Assembly: GCA_950097015.1 (NCBI GenBank)
Contig: CATNEN010000034.1
Span: forward strand, 1,922,001-1,986,000
Direction of reading: 5' to 3'
DNA: 64,000 bases
Source: Macrostomum hystrix
Taxonomy: Eukaryota > Animalia > Platyhelminthes
A model generated the notes under the pieces. That model was not told the origin of the DNA. It saw only the letters and a program-made list of their open reading frames with translations, and did not search any database. Within the stretch, counting starts at the first letter, position 1; the number at the start of each line of letters is the position of its first letter. The position numbers and the translations under genes were made by a program. Shown here piece by piece: positions 24,209-37,788 of this stretch.

Positions 24209-27200
24209 ATATCCAGTATCATTTTCTTTTGACAATTCAGTCCGCTGTTGTCACTTGTTTTCTTTTGTTTACCCCTCAAGAAATTTGCGTTTGCCTTGAC
24301 CTTGGTATAGGCTAATAATCTCTTGTAAAAAGAGCTCTTCAATTCGGTTAGTAGGCAAAATGTTTAGTTCGGAGCCCTGTGGTGTGTGCCATAATCGACT
24401 CGAAGGCTGCACAATCGCTGAACACCTGAGCAAGGAACCCGAGACCCACGTTGGGTGGATACTTGGAAACGATACTTCTTCTCTCGTGCTATGCTAGCTT
24501 TTGCTCCTCGGTTGTTGTCTATGGTAAAATCTATTCAAAATTCTGATAGGAATGCATGAAACAGGAAGCTTTGCCTGACCTCGTGGAGCCTCGTAAAGGA
24601 GTCTTGGTGTGGTGAGGTGAGATGCGCAGATTCTCATTGCCCATTCAACTCATTGCCCAGTGTTGACTAGCCCAGTGTTTCTTCCGGTGAGAAGAAAAAC
24701 TCGCATTAAATGACCTGGTCACGAGTCACTCGCGTGGTCCACATCCTATTACGAGCTTAGTTCCAGCTAATTAAATCTTGAATAGTAAACTGCTCTTTGG
24801 GATGGTTGGGACGCCTACGCAACGACTCACTGATTCAGTCAATATGGCCTTCTAAAAATCAGCAACAGGTGTTCGAAAACAGCATCTTGCATTGCAGAGA
24901 CATTGCAGAGACGCTGGTATTTAACTAACTTTTCGCAAACCCAAAGCAGGCCCAGCTGCAGAACTCTCGCAATTGTAGTGAGTCACTAGCCGCTAGGTTT
25001 AGTCTAGTTCCCACATTCTGACTAGTTAGCCATTGCCGCTGTATGGCCTACGTTAGCTCTATCCAATTAGTTCACTTAATGTTTGGAGATAAGGGTGGTA
25101 TCATAGCGTTTTTCCAAGGAAAACTGTTGGCTGGTATTTCCACGGTTTTTCCACTGCTCTTGTGGCACACCCGCGGAAATTCCGTCTGTGACTTCATTCC
25201 AGCCAATGAGAGAGTCTGAAAAGCCTCAGCGAATGGCAGAGCTGGAAGGGATCCAGAACGGCTATAAATGCGAGACACTGGAGAGCCAAAAAAACTCAGG
25301 CGTCTAAGCAATTTTGCTACGCGTCGGACAAGGCCCAACCGACCAGGACAGTCATGCTTCAGCTTGGAGAAGCTCTTCCAGTACGAGAACTACAGGTTTC
25401 TCTTGGAGAAGAGTCTCCTACGCTAATCATCACAGGAAGTCTCGTGGATTCGAGACCGATTCCGGTTCGTCACCTCAATAGTGAGATATCTCTTGGGGTC
25501 AATTAGGCAGTAAATGTCGTCGTCTCCGTTCAGCAGCGTCAGTGTTCAGCGTGGAAATCGTTCACAGAACTTGTCTCCTGGTCTCGAGTTTTAGGTTTTA
25601 TTTTTTGCATTTACGAGACACGAGGCTAACGAGGCTAAAGTTTTACGAGACAATCAATCCTTTTGATCAAGGTGGCAGTACCCTAGCGCTATTTCAGATG
25701 TTTATTTCAGGAGCATTGTCTTGGACCCTTCAGCTCCAAGTCGAATCCCAAAAACTCCCCATCCGCCCTTTCATCAGCTTAGCGCTTGCCAAAGAGTTAT
25801 AATTGAACAAGGGGAGACACCACACAAACTATAGGAAGACCTGGAGATTGGTTGAATGGTGTAGTACACACACCCAGGACAGATGAAAACCACTGAGTAC
25901 GTCCCTGTGTTCGTCTACTATACTCGAAGGCAGACCTGAGCACAACTCAGAAATCCTATTTGCAATACCTTCCATCCTCTTGGAGAAGCTATGCAACGAG
26001 GCCTTTAATTCCTCGAGAGCTCGTTCGGATGCTTCTCCGGCTGGCTCTGTGCCAGCAACTGGCTCGGTGTCTGATACCGATGTTAACGAAGACGAGCCAG
26101 TGGATGTTGCTGATAGCTCGCTGACGCTCGAAGACTCATTGCTGATGTCGGAGCTGCCTGTGCTGACTCCGTCTCTTAGCCAGTTGAGGATTCGGTCAAA
26201 ACGCTGCACATCTGACTGGCCTGATGAAGGCTTCGATTCCGCCTGCATGTCCCAGTCGCAAATGTATAAGGCTTCTGTAATCAATGCCACGTGTGCTGCA
26301 GTTTGTTCCAGATCTTCCTTATGTTTAACTTCCTAGATCAGCCTGGCGCCGATTTGATTGGTGCAGATCATTGTTAGGGATAGCCCGACAGATGTATCGA
26401 ATGCTTTCCAAAAGCTGAAATTCTGGACGTAGCTTCCAACAAAAAAGATCAGTTGCAGTGTAAAGAATCGGCGAATCACAGTTTTGTCTCGGCTTGCTTT
26501 TCTACTAGCTCGATTACCTAGAAGTCGGATCGGCCGAATTAAATCAGAATTCGGCTCATTCACCAGTGCCGTCTGGAGCCACGAGGCCAATATTTTAATT
26601 GGTCCCACTTAGGCCCGGACTGTGCAGGTCCCTAGCATTCTACTTTCCGATGCTGGGTAGCAGCTATCCTCGCGAACAAATACAGAGTGGAAATTTAGCA
26701 TGCTTCGCTGCGCTGCGCCGCACGTGATGCTGCTTTTCGCCTTCAGCCATAACGCGCCAATATTCTAGCCGCGGTGGCAGGTGCACTGTAAACAAGCCAA
26801 CGATTTTCTTGCGCGCGAGCCCTGGACAGTTCCCATATTTCCTGGCTTTGTAAACAGTCAGGCCAGAACCGCTTCAGTCAGTCAAAATTGTAGGAAAGAA
26901 ACTATAGAAACTATGCGAGCTAACAGGACAGACAGACGGAAGCCTTATAAACTACAGGGCATTGCTGTAACATATCTCTAGTCAGTGAGTCAATTTGAGA
27001 TTCCCGAAAAGAGAGGCCCATTGTTTTAACCATCGTTATAATCACCTCCAGGCCATCTCAATTAAAAATTCAGTTATTAAATTACTTTGATCATTTTTTT
27101 CGAAGTAGCATACATAATAGCTAACTAAAACAATGCCCATACATCGAGCGTTAGCAAAAAATAAATAAAGCAGGTATTTTTTCAGTGATTAAAAAATTAC

Positions 27201-27312
27201 AGATACATGCAGTGCTACTAAAAGTAGTAAAAGCAACATTTTTAACAACTAAAAGCCTGAATACTAAATACCGAGCCTACAAACAACATCAAACAATAAT
27301 GAACACGCATCC

Positions 27313-27726
27313 ATCAAACTGATCAGCTACCGAATATCAAACTGATCAGCTACCGAATATCAAACTGATCAGCTACCGAATATCAAACTGATCAGCTACC
27401 GAATATCAAACTGATCAGCTAACGAATATCAAACTGATCAGCTACCGAATATCAAACTGATCAGCTACCGAATATCAAACTGATCAACTACCGAATATCA
27501 AACTGATCAGCTACCGAATATCAAACTGATCAGCTACCGAACATCAAACTGATCAGCTACCAAACATCAAACTGATCAGCTACCAAACACCGAACTGATC
27601 AGCTACCAAACACCGAACTGATCAGCTACCAAGCACCGAACTGATCAGCTACCAAACACCGAACAGATCAGCTTCCAAACACCGAACTGATCAGCTACCA
27701 AACACCGAACTGATCAGCCACCGAAC
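27313..27726. repeat. 23-bp minisatellite, ~18 copies
   Basis: Unit atcaaactgatcagctaccgaat grading into accgaactgatcagctaccaaac. Confidence 0.95.
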
Positions 27727-28616
27727 ATAAAATGGACTTAGTAGAGCCAATTTTTGTAGCCACAATGATTCAGCATTACACTAAACAGTTTGCACACGTT
27801 GAGAACGCTCACCGCTAAAGCTAGACTTGCATAGGCGCATTGTGCAGCTGCCTCCATTCATGGTCACTGATAATAAAGTGCGCTTTTGCTGTCGAAAATT
27901 GCTATCTGCCATTCGTACGCTGTGTTCTGAATATCTGGTGCATCAGTATTAAAGCTGAATTTCGTTTGCACGATCGATGCATTGAATGCCTTGAGCTGGT
28001 TGGATGCGTACTGCTCGCCAACCATACAGAGGTCTCATCCAATGAAATGCGAATTACTGCAGCCCACATACCATTGCGGGTCTCCACACTACACGAAGAG
28101 AAGTGTCAGTAAGCCATACTTCTGGCATTAGTGTTGAGCAGAAGATTCCCAAATGGATTAACGCGTAATATGACACATAAGTACTTTACATCTGTTCCTA
28201 TGATGCTGTAATGCTAAATTCTCGTACATAAATATGAAACTCGTTTAAACAAATCAAATGTTCCCCAAAGTTTTGAGTGCAATTTTGCGACAGAAATAGA
28301 AATAATATTTTCGGATTTTAACTTATTTTATGTCCCTTCAACAGTTTTTGGTCATAGATTTTTGCTAGAAGAAAAATCACGAGAAAATTACTAGAGAAGA
28401 GGACACGAAAAGAGAGGAGACGAAAATATGGGAAGAAAAGAATTGAACTTTTCTAATTGGAGGCATGCGCTGGAATACAGCTGCTAGCAACCCCTTCACA
28501 CTGGGTTAGGCCCAGACAGCCTATATTTATGCAGATTCAATAAGCTTGTTAACGGAGACCGGGCTGCGAAATCTTTAGTGCTGCGGAAGCTGCTAGAGTA
28601 AGTAGGGACTGCATAT

Positions 28617-28617
<1 letters not shown>

Positions 28618-28665
<48 letters not shown>

Positions 28666-28666
28666 A

Positions 28667-28705
<39 letters not shown>

Positions 28706-28706
28706 A

Positions 28707-28748
<42 letters not shown>

Positions 28749-28749
28749 G
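28618..28749. repeat. (TCTA)n microsatellite
   Basis: About 33 units with two TATA interruptions. Confidence 0.97.
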
Positions 28750-29204
28750 AGTGATCGAATATATTTTGAGCATGTCTGTATTGCTTAGCTCAATAGAACG
28801 CAGAACGTGACCTGAACGCAATTAATTTTTTAAGTTAGGCCCTCCTTTGCTTTGCCTTCTCTTCTCTTCTCTTCACCAGTTATAGATACAGCAGATTGAA
28901 TCGGGAATGTCATTATTGACAGTCACATCTCGGGAGATTACAGCTGGCTTATTTCTGCCATCTATACTAAAAAAGCGGTTCAGTGTCTAAATACGGCATC
29001 TTTCAGAAAACGCAAATCTGGAATTAGAAAGTTGATTGCAAATCCTGCTCTCAGTCATGTCGGCTTTGCGCGACACTGCAGGCCACATTTCTGACCCGAC
29101 TCTAATTGCCTTGTGGGATTTGGCTTCTTTCTTGGGATAGCTTCGAGTTAGCGGCAATCTAATAATATATAGATTGCTAATTACAATCAGTTGAGACAGC
29201 AACG

Positions 29205-29820
29205 CAGGTGAGAATTGGATGCAGGTGAGAATTGGATGCAGGTGAGAATTGGATGCAGGTGAGAATTGGATGCAGGTGAGAATTGGATGCAGGTGAGAAT
29301 TGCATGCAGGTGAGAATAGGACGCAGGTGAGAATAGGATGCAGGTGAGAATAGGATGCAAGGTGAGAATTGGATGCATGTGAGAATAGGATGCAGGTGAG
29401 AATAGGATGCAGGTGAGAATAGGATGCAGGTGAGAATAGGATGCAGGTGAGAATAGGATGCAGGTGAGAATCGGATGCAGGTGAGAATAGGATGCAGGAT
29501 GAGAATAGGATGCAGGTGAGAATAGGATGCATGTGAGAATAGGATGCAGGTGAGAATAGGATGCATGTGAGAATAGGATGCAGGTGAGAATAGGATGCAT
29601 GTGAGAATCGGATGCATGTGAGAATAGGATGCATGTGAGAATAGGATGTATGTGAGAATAGGATGCAGGTGAGAATAGGATGCAGGTGAGAATAGGATGC
29701 ATGTGAGAATCGGATGTATGTGAGAATAGGATGCAGGTGAGAATTGGATGCAGGTGAGAATAGGATGCAGGATGAGAATAGGATGAGAATAGGATGCAGG
29801 TGAGAATTGGATGCAGGTTA
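29205..29820. repeat. 17-bp minisatellite (gcaggtgagaat(a/t)ggat)
   Basis: About 36 copies. Confidence 0.96.
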
Positions 29821-31526
29821 GGCAGCGGGTGCAGGTTGTAGCCACGATAAGACGAGACAGTTGATTAAGTGACTGCAGATTTGATTTATTAGCAAGGAAA
29901 AAAGATCAGATTTAAAAGTTCGAAGTGTTACACATTTATATTTTATCTATTCTAGTTTGCAACCCTTATGAACTGAACTTAGGATCCGTTCTTTAAAGCA
30001 AAGGGCGGATGTAGCACTTTAAAGCAAAAAAGTATGTGCTAATTTCTGCGGCACGAATTTCAATTCGGAACGGGACGCGTTTTGTCACCGCGCAGTCATA
30101 AGCAAGACTCTTTTTGCCGAGCAGCGATGCAACCGACTGCAATCATTTGAGTTGATTGCTCAAAGGAGAGACAAGAAAAGTGCCAGCCGGCGAGTCGAAT
30201 ATTTTTGAGTCTCTGCACAGATTGGCAATCAAGCAGAGTGAGAAAATGGATTAGGCAGTCTCTATTAACCTCAGACATAGGTTGCGATATGCATAGCAGT
30301 TTTACCTCGAGGCTGACTCAGGCTTTATTATTTTTCAATAATAATAATACATTTAATGAATGGTCTAATATGGCTATACTACCATTGAAATCTTAAAATA
30401 ATGTCAATGGAAAACAAACAAAACATATGCAGAGCGTTATAGTGGCAATTTTGCCACAAGATTATCTTGCGATGTTCATGTTGAATTTTTTTCTACTTTT
30501 CGCTGCTCATAAAATCGAGTTTTAAGGAACCGCTTAAACAGAATAGAACAGGAGCGAGATACTGCGGTCCTGTGTCGCTGTGGAGCTGTATATTTTTTAG
30601 TACGCGTAGTGCAGTATAATTACCACCCCCCCCAATTTGATGACCGTCCAACTAACCAACCGAAACACAAGACTGAATGATGATTCCTTTTGATTACAAA
30701 ATTAGTTGACTAGTAACATATTAATTCAATATCTTTTTTCTACGACTGCTACAAAAATTTGACTTTCTCAAACTCGCTGTGCCTTACCTCAATCAAAATT
30801 CATCTCATTTAAAACTGAATGAAAAAACTAACCAACGCAAATGCACGTCTTTACTTGCAGGTGGGAAGAAAGTGAAAAGTGAAAGTAAGCAAGAGCAAAG
30901 TAAGTTAGGGAGAACCAGCAATAAAAAATCACCCAAAATAGGCATGCGTAGAAAAAAAGAACAATTCTAAAAAACCGTAAATTTCCGTAATTTTTTTACG
31001 GAAAATCAAGCTTTTGAAGCCGGAATTCACAATTAACAAAACATAGTATTGTTACATTTACCACTAAGTAAACCACAGAACAATATAGTGTTTTAATAAA
31101 CAATATTTAGGATGCTTTTGGAGAGTATCCATACAGAAGGTTGTAAACTAGATCTTTTTTCTTCGAAAAAATTCCGACTTAGACGCAAAAGTTGTGCAAT
31201 AATTTTATGCACACAATTAACCACCGTTAACTAGCTGTATGTCCTATGATGGCACGACGCAGTGTCTTAACGTAGGCCTATTCCTATAATTGTGATTCGT
31301 GGTGTGTGTATGAATGAGTAATATCCACTTTGTTTCATTTTCAGTTTTATTAGTTTTGCATAAGAAGATTGAAATTTCGCTGTCTTATTTAACATTTCAA
31401 CAATGTTGCAAGACATAAATTAAAATACATAAAAATGTTTGGCTAATGTTCTAATGTTTTATCGTCCAAAGCAGATACAGGAGTGGCTCATGTGGGTATT
31501 ATAATTTGGTCGCTTAGCTAGAAAAC

Positions 31527-31996
31527 ACGTCTATACTTCCAGTACCAGAACCAGTACCAGAACCAGTACCAGAAAAAAATTATGTTATAGCCAACAAAAA
31601 ATCGACAAGCAACTAATAAAAAGACTTCTAACAGATGAAATACTTATATATCGGTCCGAAAATATCATTATTGAGAATAAAATTAATAAATATCGACGGA
31701 CTTGCGCACAACACACAAAAAATCGTTTACTTTCACAAAACGTTTTCTAATATATGTTTTTCATAGAATAAAACAAATTTGCTCAACCAACTAAGTAAAC
31801 GAATACAAAAAGCGGTTTACTAAATATCGCAACTACTAAAATCACAACTCAAAACTCACCTCATTAAATGTGTTTGTATAATTTATTATTTTTATAATCA
31901 TCGTAAACTTCATCAAAAAAACTAAAAATATAACCTCACTTTTGCGCTTCGCAGGATTATTACTCGTACATAATATACAGCTGAGAGCAATGATAA
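31527..31996 (+). repeat. Left outer TIR (470 bp, non-tandem)
   Basis: Reverse complement of 51253-51722 with one mismatch (31972 vs 51277), compared base by base. Contains (ccagtaccagaa)x3 near the tip. Confidence 0.97.
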
Positions 31997-34900
31997 GGAA
32001 GGAAACATTATCTGTGAACACGGCTGTAAAATTTCAGAGCCCTGACTAGTCGCGTCTCGAAGTTGTAGACCCTCGAGTCCCCCCCACTCTGATATCTCCC
32101 ATTTTAAAAGTACTTTTCGTCACCTCACTGAATCTGGTGGTCAAAAAAAGCTGAAATCTCAGATCTGGAAGGAAACATTATCTGTGAACACGGCTGTAAA
32201 ATTTCAGAGCCCTGACTAGTCGCGTCTCGGAGTTGTAGACCCTCGAGTCCCCCCCACTCTGATATCTCCCATTTTAAAAGTACTTTTCGTCACCTCACTG
32301 AATCTGGTGGTCAGACGAGGCTGAAAACTCAGATCTGGAAGGAAACATTATCTGTGAACACGGCTGTAAAATTTCAGAGCCCTGACTAGTCGCGTCTCGG
32401 AGTTGTAGACCCTCGAGTCCCCCCCACTCTGATATCTCCCATTTTAAAAGTACTTTTCGTCACCTCACTGAATCCGGTGGTCAAAAAAAGCTGAAATCTC
32501 AGATCTGGAAGGAAACATTATCTGTGAACACGGCTGTAAAATTTCAGAGCCCTGACTAGTCGCGTCTCGGAGTTGTAGACCCTCGAGTCCCCCCCACTCT
32601 GATATCTCCCATTTTAAAAGTACTTTTCGTCACCTCACTGAATCTGGTGGTCAGACGAGGCTGAAAACTCAAATCTGGAAGGAAACATTATCTGTGAACA
32701 CGGCTGTAAAATTTCAGAGCCCTGACTAGTCGCGTCTCGGAGTTGTAGACCCTCGAGTCCCCCCCACTCTGATATCTCCCATTTTAAAAGTACTTTTCGT
32801 CACCTCACTGAATCTGGTGGTCAGACGAGGCTGAAAACTCAGATCTGGAAGGAAACATTATCTGTGAACACGGCTGTAAAATTTCAGAGCCCTGACTAGT
32901 CGCGTCTCGGAGTTGTAGACCCTCGAGTCCCCCCCACTCTGATATCTCCCATTTTAAAAGTACTTTTCGTCACCTCACTGAATCCGGTGGTCAAAAAAAG
33001 CTGAAATCTCAGATCTGGAAGGAAACATTATCTGTGAACACGGCTGTAAAATTTCAGAGCCCTGACTAGTCGCGTCTCGGAGTTGTAGACCCTCGAGTCC
33101 CCCCCACTCTGATATCTCCCATTTTAAAAGTACTTTTCGTCACCTCACTGAATCTGGTGGTCAGACGAGGCTGAAAACTCAAATCTGGAAGGAAACATTA
33201 TCTGTGAACACGGCTGTAAAATTTCAGAGCCCTGACTAGTCGCGTCTCGGAGTTGTAGACCCTCGAGTCCCCCCCACTCTGATATCTCCCATTTTAAAAG
33301 TACTTTTCGTCACCTCACTGAATCTGGTGGTCAGACGAGGCTGAAAACTCAGATCTGGAAGGAAACATTATCTGTGAATACGGCTGTAAAATTTCAGAGC
33401 CCTGACTAGTCGCGTCTCGAAGTTGTAGACCCTCGAGTCCCCCCCACTCTGATATCTCCCATTTTAAAAGTACTTTTCGTCACCTCACTGAATCCGGTGG
33501 TCAAAAAAAGCTGAAATCTCAGATCTGGAAGGAAACATTATCTGTGAACACGGCTGTAAAATTTCAGAGCCCTGACTAGTCGCGTCTCGGAGTTGTAGAC
33601 CCTCGAGTCCCCCCCACTCTGATATCTCCCATTTTAAAAGTACTTTTCGTCACCTCACTGAATCTGGTGGTCAGACGAGGCTGAAAACTCAAATCTGGAA
33701 GGAAACATTATCTGTGAACACGGCTGTAAAATTTCAGAGCCCTGACTAGTCGCGTCTCGGAGTTGTAGACCCTCGAGTCCCCCCCACTCTGATATCTCCC
33801 ATTTTAAAAGTACTTTTCGTCACCTCACTGAATCTGGTGGTCAGACGAGGCTGAAAACTCAGATCTGGAAGGAAACATTATCTGTGAACACGGCTGTAAA
33901 ATTTCAGAGCCCTGACTAGTCGCGTCTCGGAGTTGTAGACCCTCGAGTCCCCCCCACTCTGATATCTCCCATTTTAAAAGTACTTTTCGTCACCTCACTG
34001 AATCCGGTGGTCAAAAAAAGCTGAAATCTCAGATCTGGAAGGAAACATTATCTGTGAACACGGCTGTAAAATTTCAGAGCCCTGACTAGTCGCGTCTCGG
34101 AGTTGTAGACCCTCGAGTCCCCCCCACTCTGATATCTCCCATTTTAAAAGTACTTTTCGTCACCTCACTGAATCTGGTGGTCAGACGAGGCTGAAAACTC
34201 AAATCTGGAAGGAAACATTATCTGTGAACACGGCTGTAAAATTTCAGAGCCCTGACTAGTCGCGTCTCGGAGTTGTAGACCCTCGAGTCCCCCCCACTCT
34301 GATATCTCCCATTTTAAAAGTACTTTTCGTCACCTCACTGAATCTGGTGGTCAGACGAGGCTGAAAACTCAGATCTGGAAGGAAACATTATCTGTGAACA
34401 CGGCTGTAAAATTTCAGAGCCCTGACTAGTCGCGTCTCGGAGTTGTAGACCCTCGAGTCCCCCCCACTCTGATATCTCCCATTTTAAAAGTACTTTTCGT
34501 CACCTCACTGAATCCGGTGGTCAAAAAAAGCTGAAATCTCAGATCTGGAAGGAAACATTATCTGTGAACACGGCTGTAAAATTTCAGAGCCCTGACTAGT
34601 CGCGTCTCGGAGTTGTAGACCCTCGAGTCCCCCCCACTCTGATATCTCCCATTTTAAAAGTACTTTTCGTCACCTCACTGAATCTGGTGGTCAGACGAGG
34701 CTGAAAACTCAAATCTGGAAGGAAACATTATCTGTGAACACGGCTGTAAAATTTCAGAGCCCTGACTAGTCGCGTCTCGGAGTTGTAGACCCTCGAGTCC
34801 CCCCCACTCTGATATCTCCCATTTTAAAAGTACTTTTCGTCACCTCACTGAATCTGGTGGTCAGACGAGGCTGAAAACTCAGATCTGGAAGGAAACATTA

Positions 34901-37305
34901 TCTGTGAATACGGCTGTAAAATTTCAGAGCCCTGACTAGTCGCGTCTCGAAGTTGTAGACCCTCGAGTCCCCCCCACTCTGATATCTCCCATTTTAAAAG
35001 TACTTTTCGTCACCTCACTGAATCCGGTGGTCAAAAAAAGCTGAAATCTCAGATCTGGAAGGAAACATTATCTGTGAACACGGCTGTAAAATTTCAGAGC
35101 CCTGACTAGTCGCGTCTCGGAGTTGTAGACCCTCGAGTCCCCCCCACTCTGATATCTCCCATTTTAAAAGTACTTTTCGTCACCTCACTGAATCTGGTGG
35201 TCAGACGAGGCTGAAAACTCAAATCTGGAAGGAAACATTATCTGTGAACACGGCTGTAAAATTTCAGAGCCCTGACTAGTCGCGTCTCGGAGTTGTAGAC
35301 CCTCGAGTCCCCCCCACTCTGATATCTCCCATTTTAAAAGTACTTTTCGTCACCTCACTGAATCTGGTGGTCAGACGAGGCTAAAAACTCAGATCTGGAA
35401 GGAAACATTATCTGTAAACACGGCTGTAAAATTTCAGAGCCCTGACTAGTCGCGTCTCGGAGTTGTAGACCCTCGAGTCCCCCCCACTCTGATATCTCCC
35501 ATTTTAAAAGTACTTTTCGTCACCTCACTGAATCTGGTGGTCAGACGAGGCTGAAAACTCAGATCTGGAAGGAAACATTATCTGTGAATACGGCTGTAAA
35601 ATTTCAGAGCCCTGACTAGTCGCGTCTCGAAGTTGTAGACCCTCGAGTCCCCCCCACTCTGATATCTCCCATTTTAAAAGTACTTTTCGTCACCTCACTG
35701 AATCCGGTGGTCAAAAAAAGCTGAAATCTCAGATCTGGAAGGAAACATTATCTGTGAACACGGCTGTAAAATTTCAGAGCCCTGACTAGTCGCGTCTCGG
35801 AGTTGTAGACCCTCGAGTCCCCCCCACTCTGATATCTCCCATTTTAAAAGTACTTTTCGTCACCTCACTGAATCTGGTGGTCAGACGAGGCTGAAAACTC
35901 AGATCTGGAAGGAAACATTATCTGTGAACACGGCTGTAAAATTTCAGAGCCCTGACTAGTCGCGTCTCGGAGTTGTAGACCCTCGAGTCCCCCCCACTCT
36001 GATATCTCCCATTTTAAAAGTACTTTTCGTCACCTCACTGAATCTGGTGGTCAGACGAGGCTGAAAACTCAAATCTGGAAGGAAACATTATCTGTGAACA
36101 CGGCTGTAAAATTTCAGAGCCCTGACTAGTCGCGTCTCGGAGTTGTAGACCCTCGAGTCCCCCCCACTCTGATATCTCCCATTTTAAAAGTACTTTTCGT
36201 CACCTCACTGAATCTGGTGGTCAGACGAGGCTGAAAACTCAGATCTGGAAGGAAACATTATCTGTGAACACGGCTGTAAAATTTCAGAGCCCTAACTAGT
36301 CGCGTCTCGGAGTTGTAGACCCTCGAGTCCCCCCCACTCTGATATCTCCCATTTTAAAAGTACTTTTCGTCACCTCACTGAATCTGGTGGTCAGACGAGG
36401 CTGAAAACTCAGATCTGGAAGGAAACATTATCTGTGAACACGGCTGTAAAATTTCAGAGCCCTGACTAGTCGCGTCTCGGAGTTGTAGACCCTCGAGTCC
36501 CCCCCACTCTGATATCTCCCATTTTAAAAGTACTTTTCGTCACCTCACTGAATCTGGTGGTCAGACGAGGCTGAAAACTCAAATCTGGAAGGAAACATTA
36601 TCTGTGAACACGGCTGTAAAATTTCAGAGCCCTGACTAGTCGCGTCTCGGAGTTGTAGACCCTCGAGTCCCCCCCACTCTGATATCTCCCATTTTAAAAG
36701 TACTTTTCGTCACCCTCACTGAATCTGGTGGTCAGACGAGGCTGAAAACTCAGATCTGGAAGGAAACATTATCTGTGAACACGGCTGTAAAATTTCAGAG
36801 CCCTAACTAGTCGCGTCTCGGAGTTGTAGACCCTCGAGTCCCCCCCACTCTGATATCTCCCATTTTAAAAGTACTTTTCGTCACCTCACTGAATCTGGTG
36901 GTCAAAAAAAGCTGAAAACTCAGATCTGGAAGGAAACATTATCTGTGAACACGGCTGTAAAATTTCAGAGCCCTGACTAGTCGCGTCTCGGAGTTGTAGA
37001 CCCTCGAGTCCCCCCCACTCTGATATCTCCCATTTTAAAAGTACTTTTCGTCACCTCACTGAATCTGGTGGTCAAAAAAAGCTGAAAACTCAGATCTGGA
37101 AGGAAACATTATCTGTGAACACGGCTGTAAAATTTCAGAGCCCTGACTAGTCGCGTCTCGGAGTTGTAGACCCTCGAGTCCCCCCCACTCTGATATCTCC
37201 CATTTTAAAAGTACTTTTCGTCACCTCACTGAATCTGGTGGTCAGACGAGGCTGAAAACTCAGATCTGGAAGGAAACATTATCTGTGAACACGACTGTAA
37301 AATTT
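31997..37305 (+). repeat. 170-bp satellite array, left arm (~31 copies)
   Basis: ggaaacatta recurs at 32001, 32171, 32341 ... 37272. Confidence 0.98.
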
Positions 37306-37788
37306 TTCAAGTTTGTGGAAGAATCTGAAAAAGGAGGTTTTGAAGGAGCTATTGTTTCTGTAGTTTTTTTTTTCGTTTTTTTCAGTTTGTTTCGATTTAG
37401 CCTAATATAATATAAGTTTTTCTTTTGGTATATTTTTCGTGAGCCCTCCTCTTTTTGAAACCAGGCTTGGGACTGGCTTAGGCAGAGTTTTTCACAAAGT
37501 CTTTAATACATTTTTAGTTTTAGTTTTTTGTAAGATTTTTGTTTTTTAAGCGTTTTGTTGGTTTTAGTGTTTTTGTTTCACACAAAAGCCAATATTTACG
37601 AGTAGATAAGTCTTACAATATTTTGCAGCTTAGATTATTCACAGTTTTACATGCAAACCGGTGGTATAATTTTTTACAGAATTGACTTGTCCTTATTAAA
37701 AAACTACAGATTTGACATTTCATTTTTAAGCAAGTAGCTTTTAGTAATTAGTTTATTTTTTCACTGCACTCTTGGTGCATCCATCCAG

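Noticed and set aside
1349-29845. Numerous 100-580-aa repetitive ORFs (e.g. 9826-10734, 13733-14581, 15454-17211, 19493-20335, 23205-24299, 29177-29845)
   Set aside because: All coincide with minisatellites and are often open in several frames or on both strands, as expected for short units lacking stop codons.
31997-32166. Many 6-bp palindromes in the monomer (ACTAGT, CTCGAG, GATATC, AGATCT, AAAAGTACTTTT)
   Set aside because: The count is only modestly above chance for 170 bp, so no claim can be supported without a statistical test.
31997-37305. 170-bp monomer as primate alpha satellite
   Set aside because: Only the length is similar. I see no alphoid sequence or CENP-B box, and the array is part of a transposon arm.
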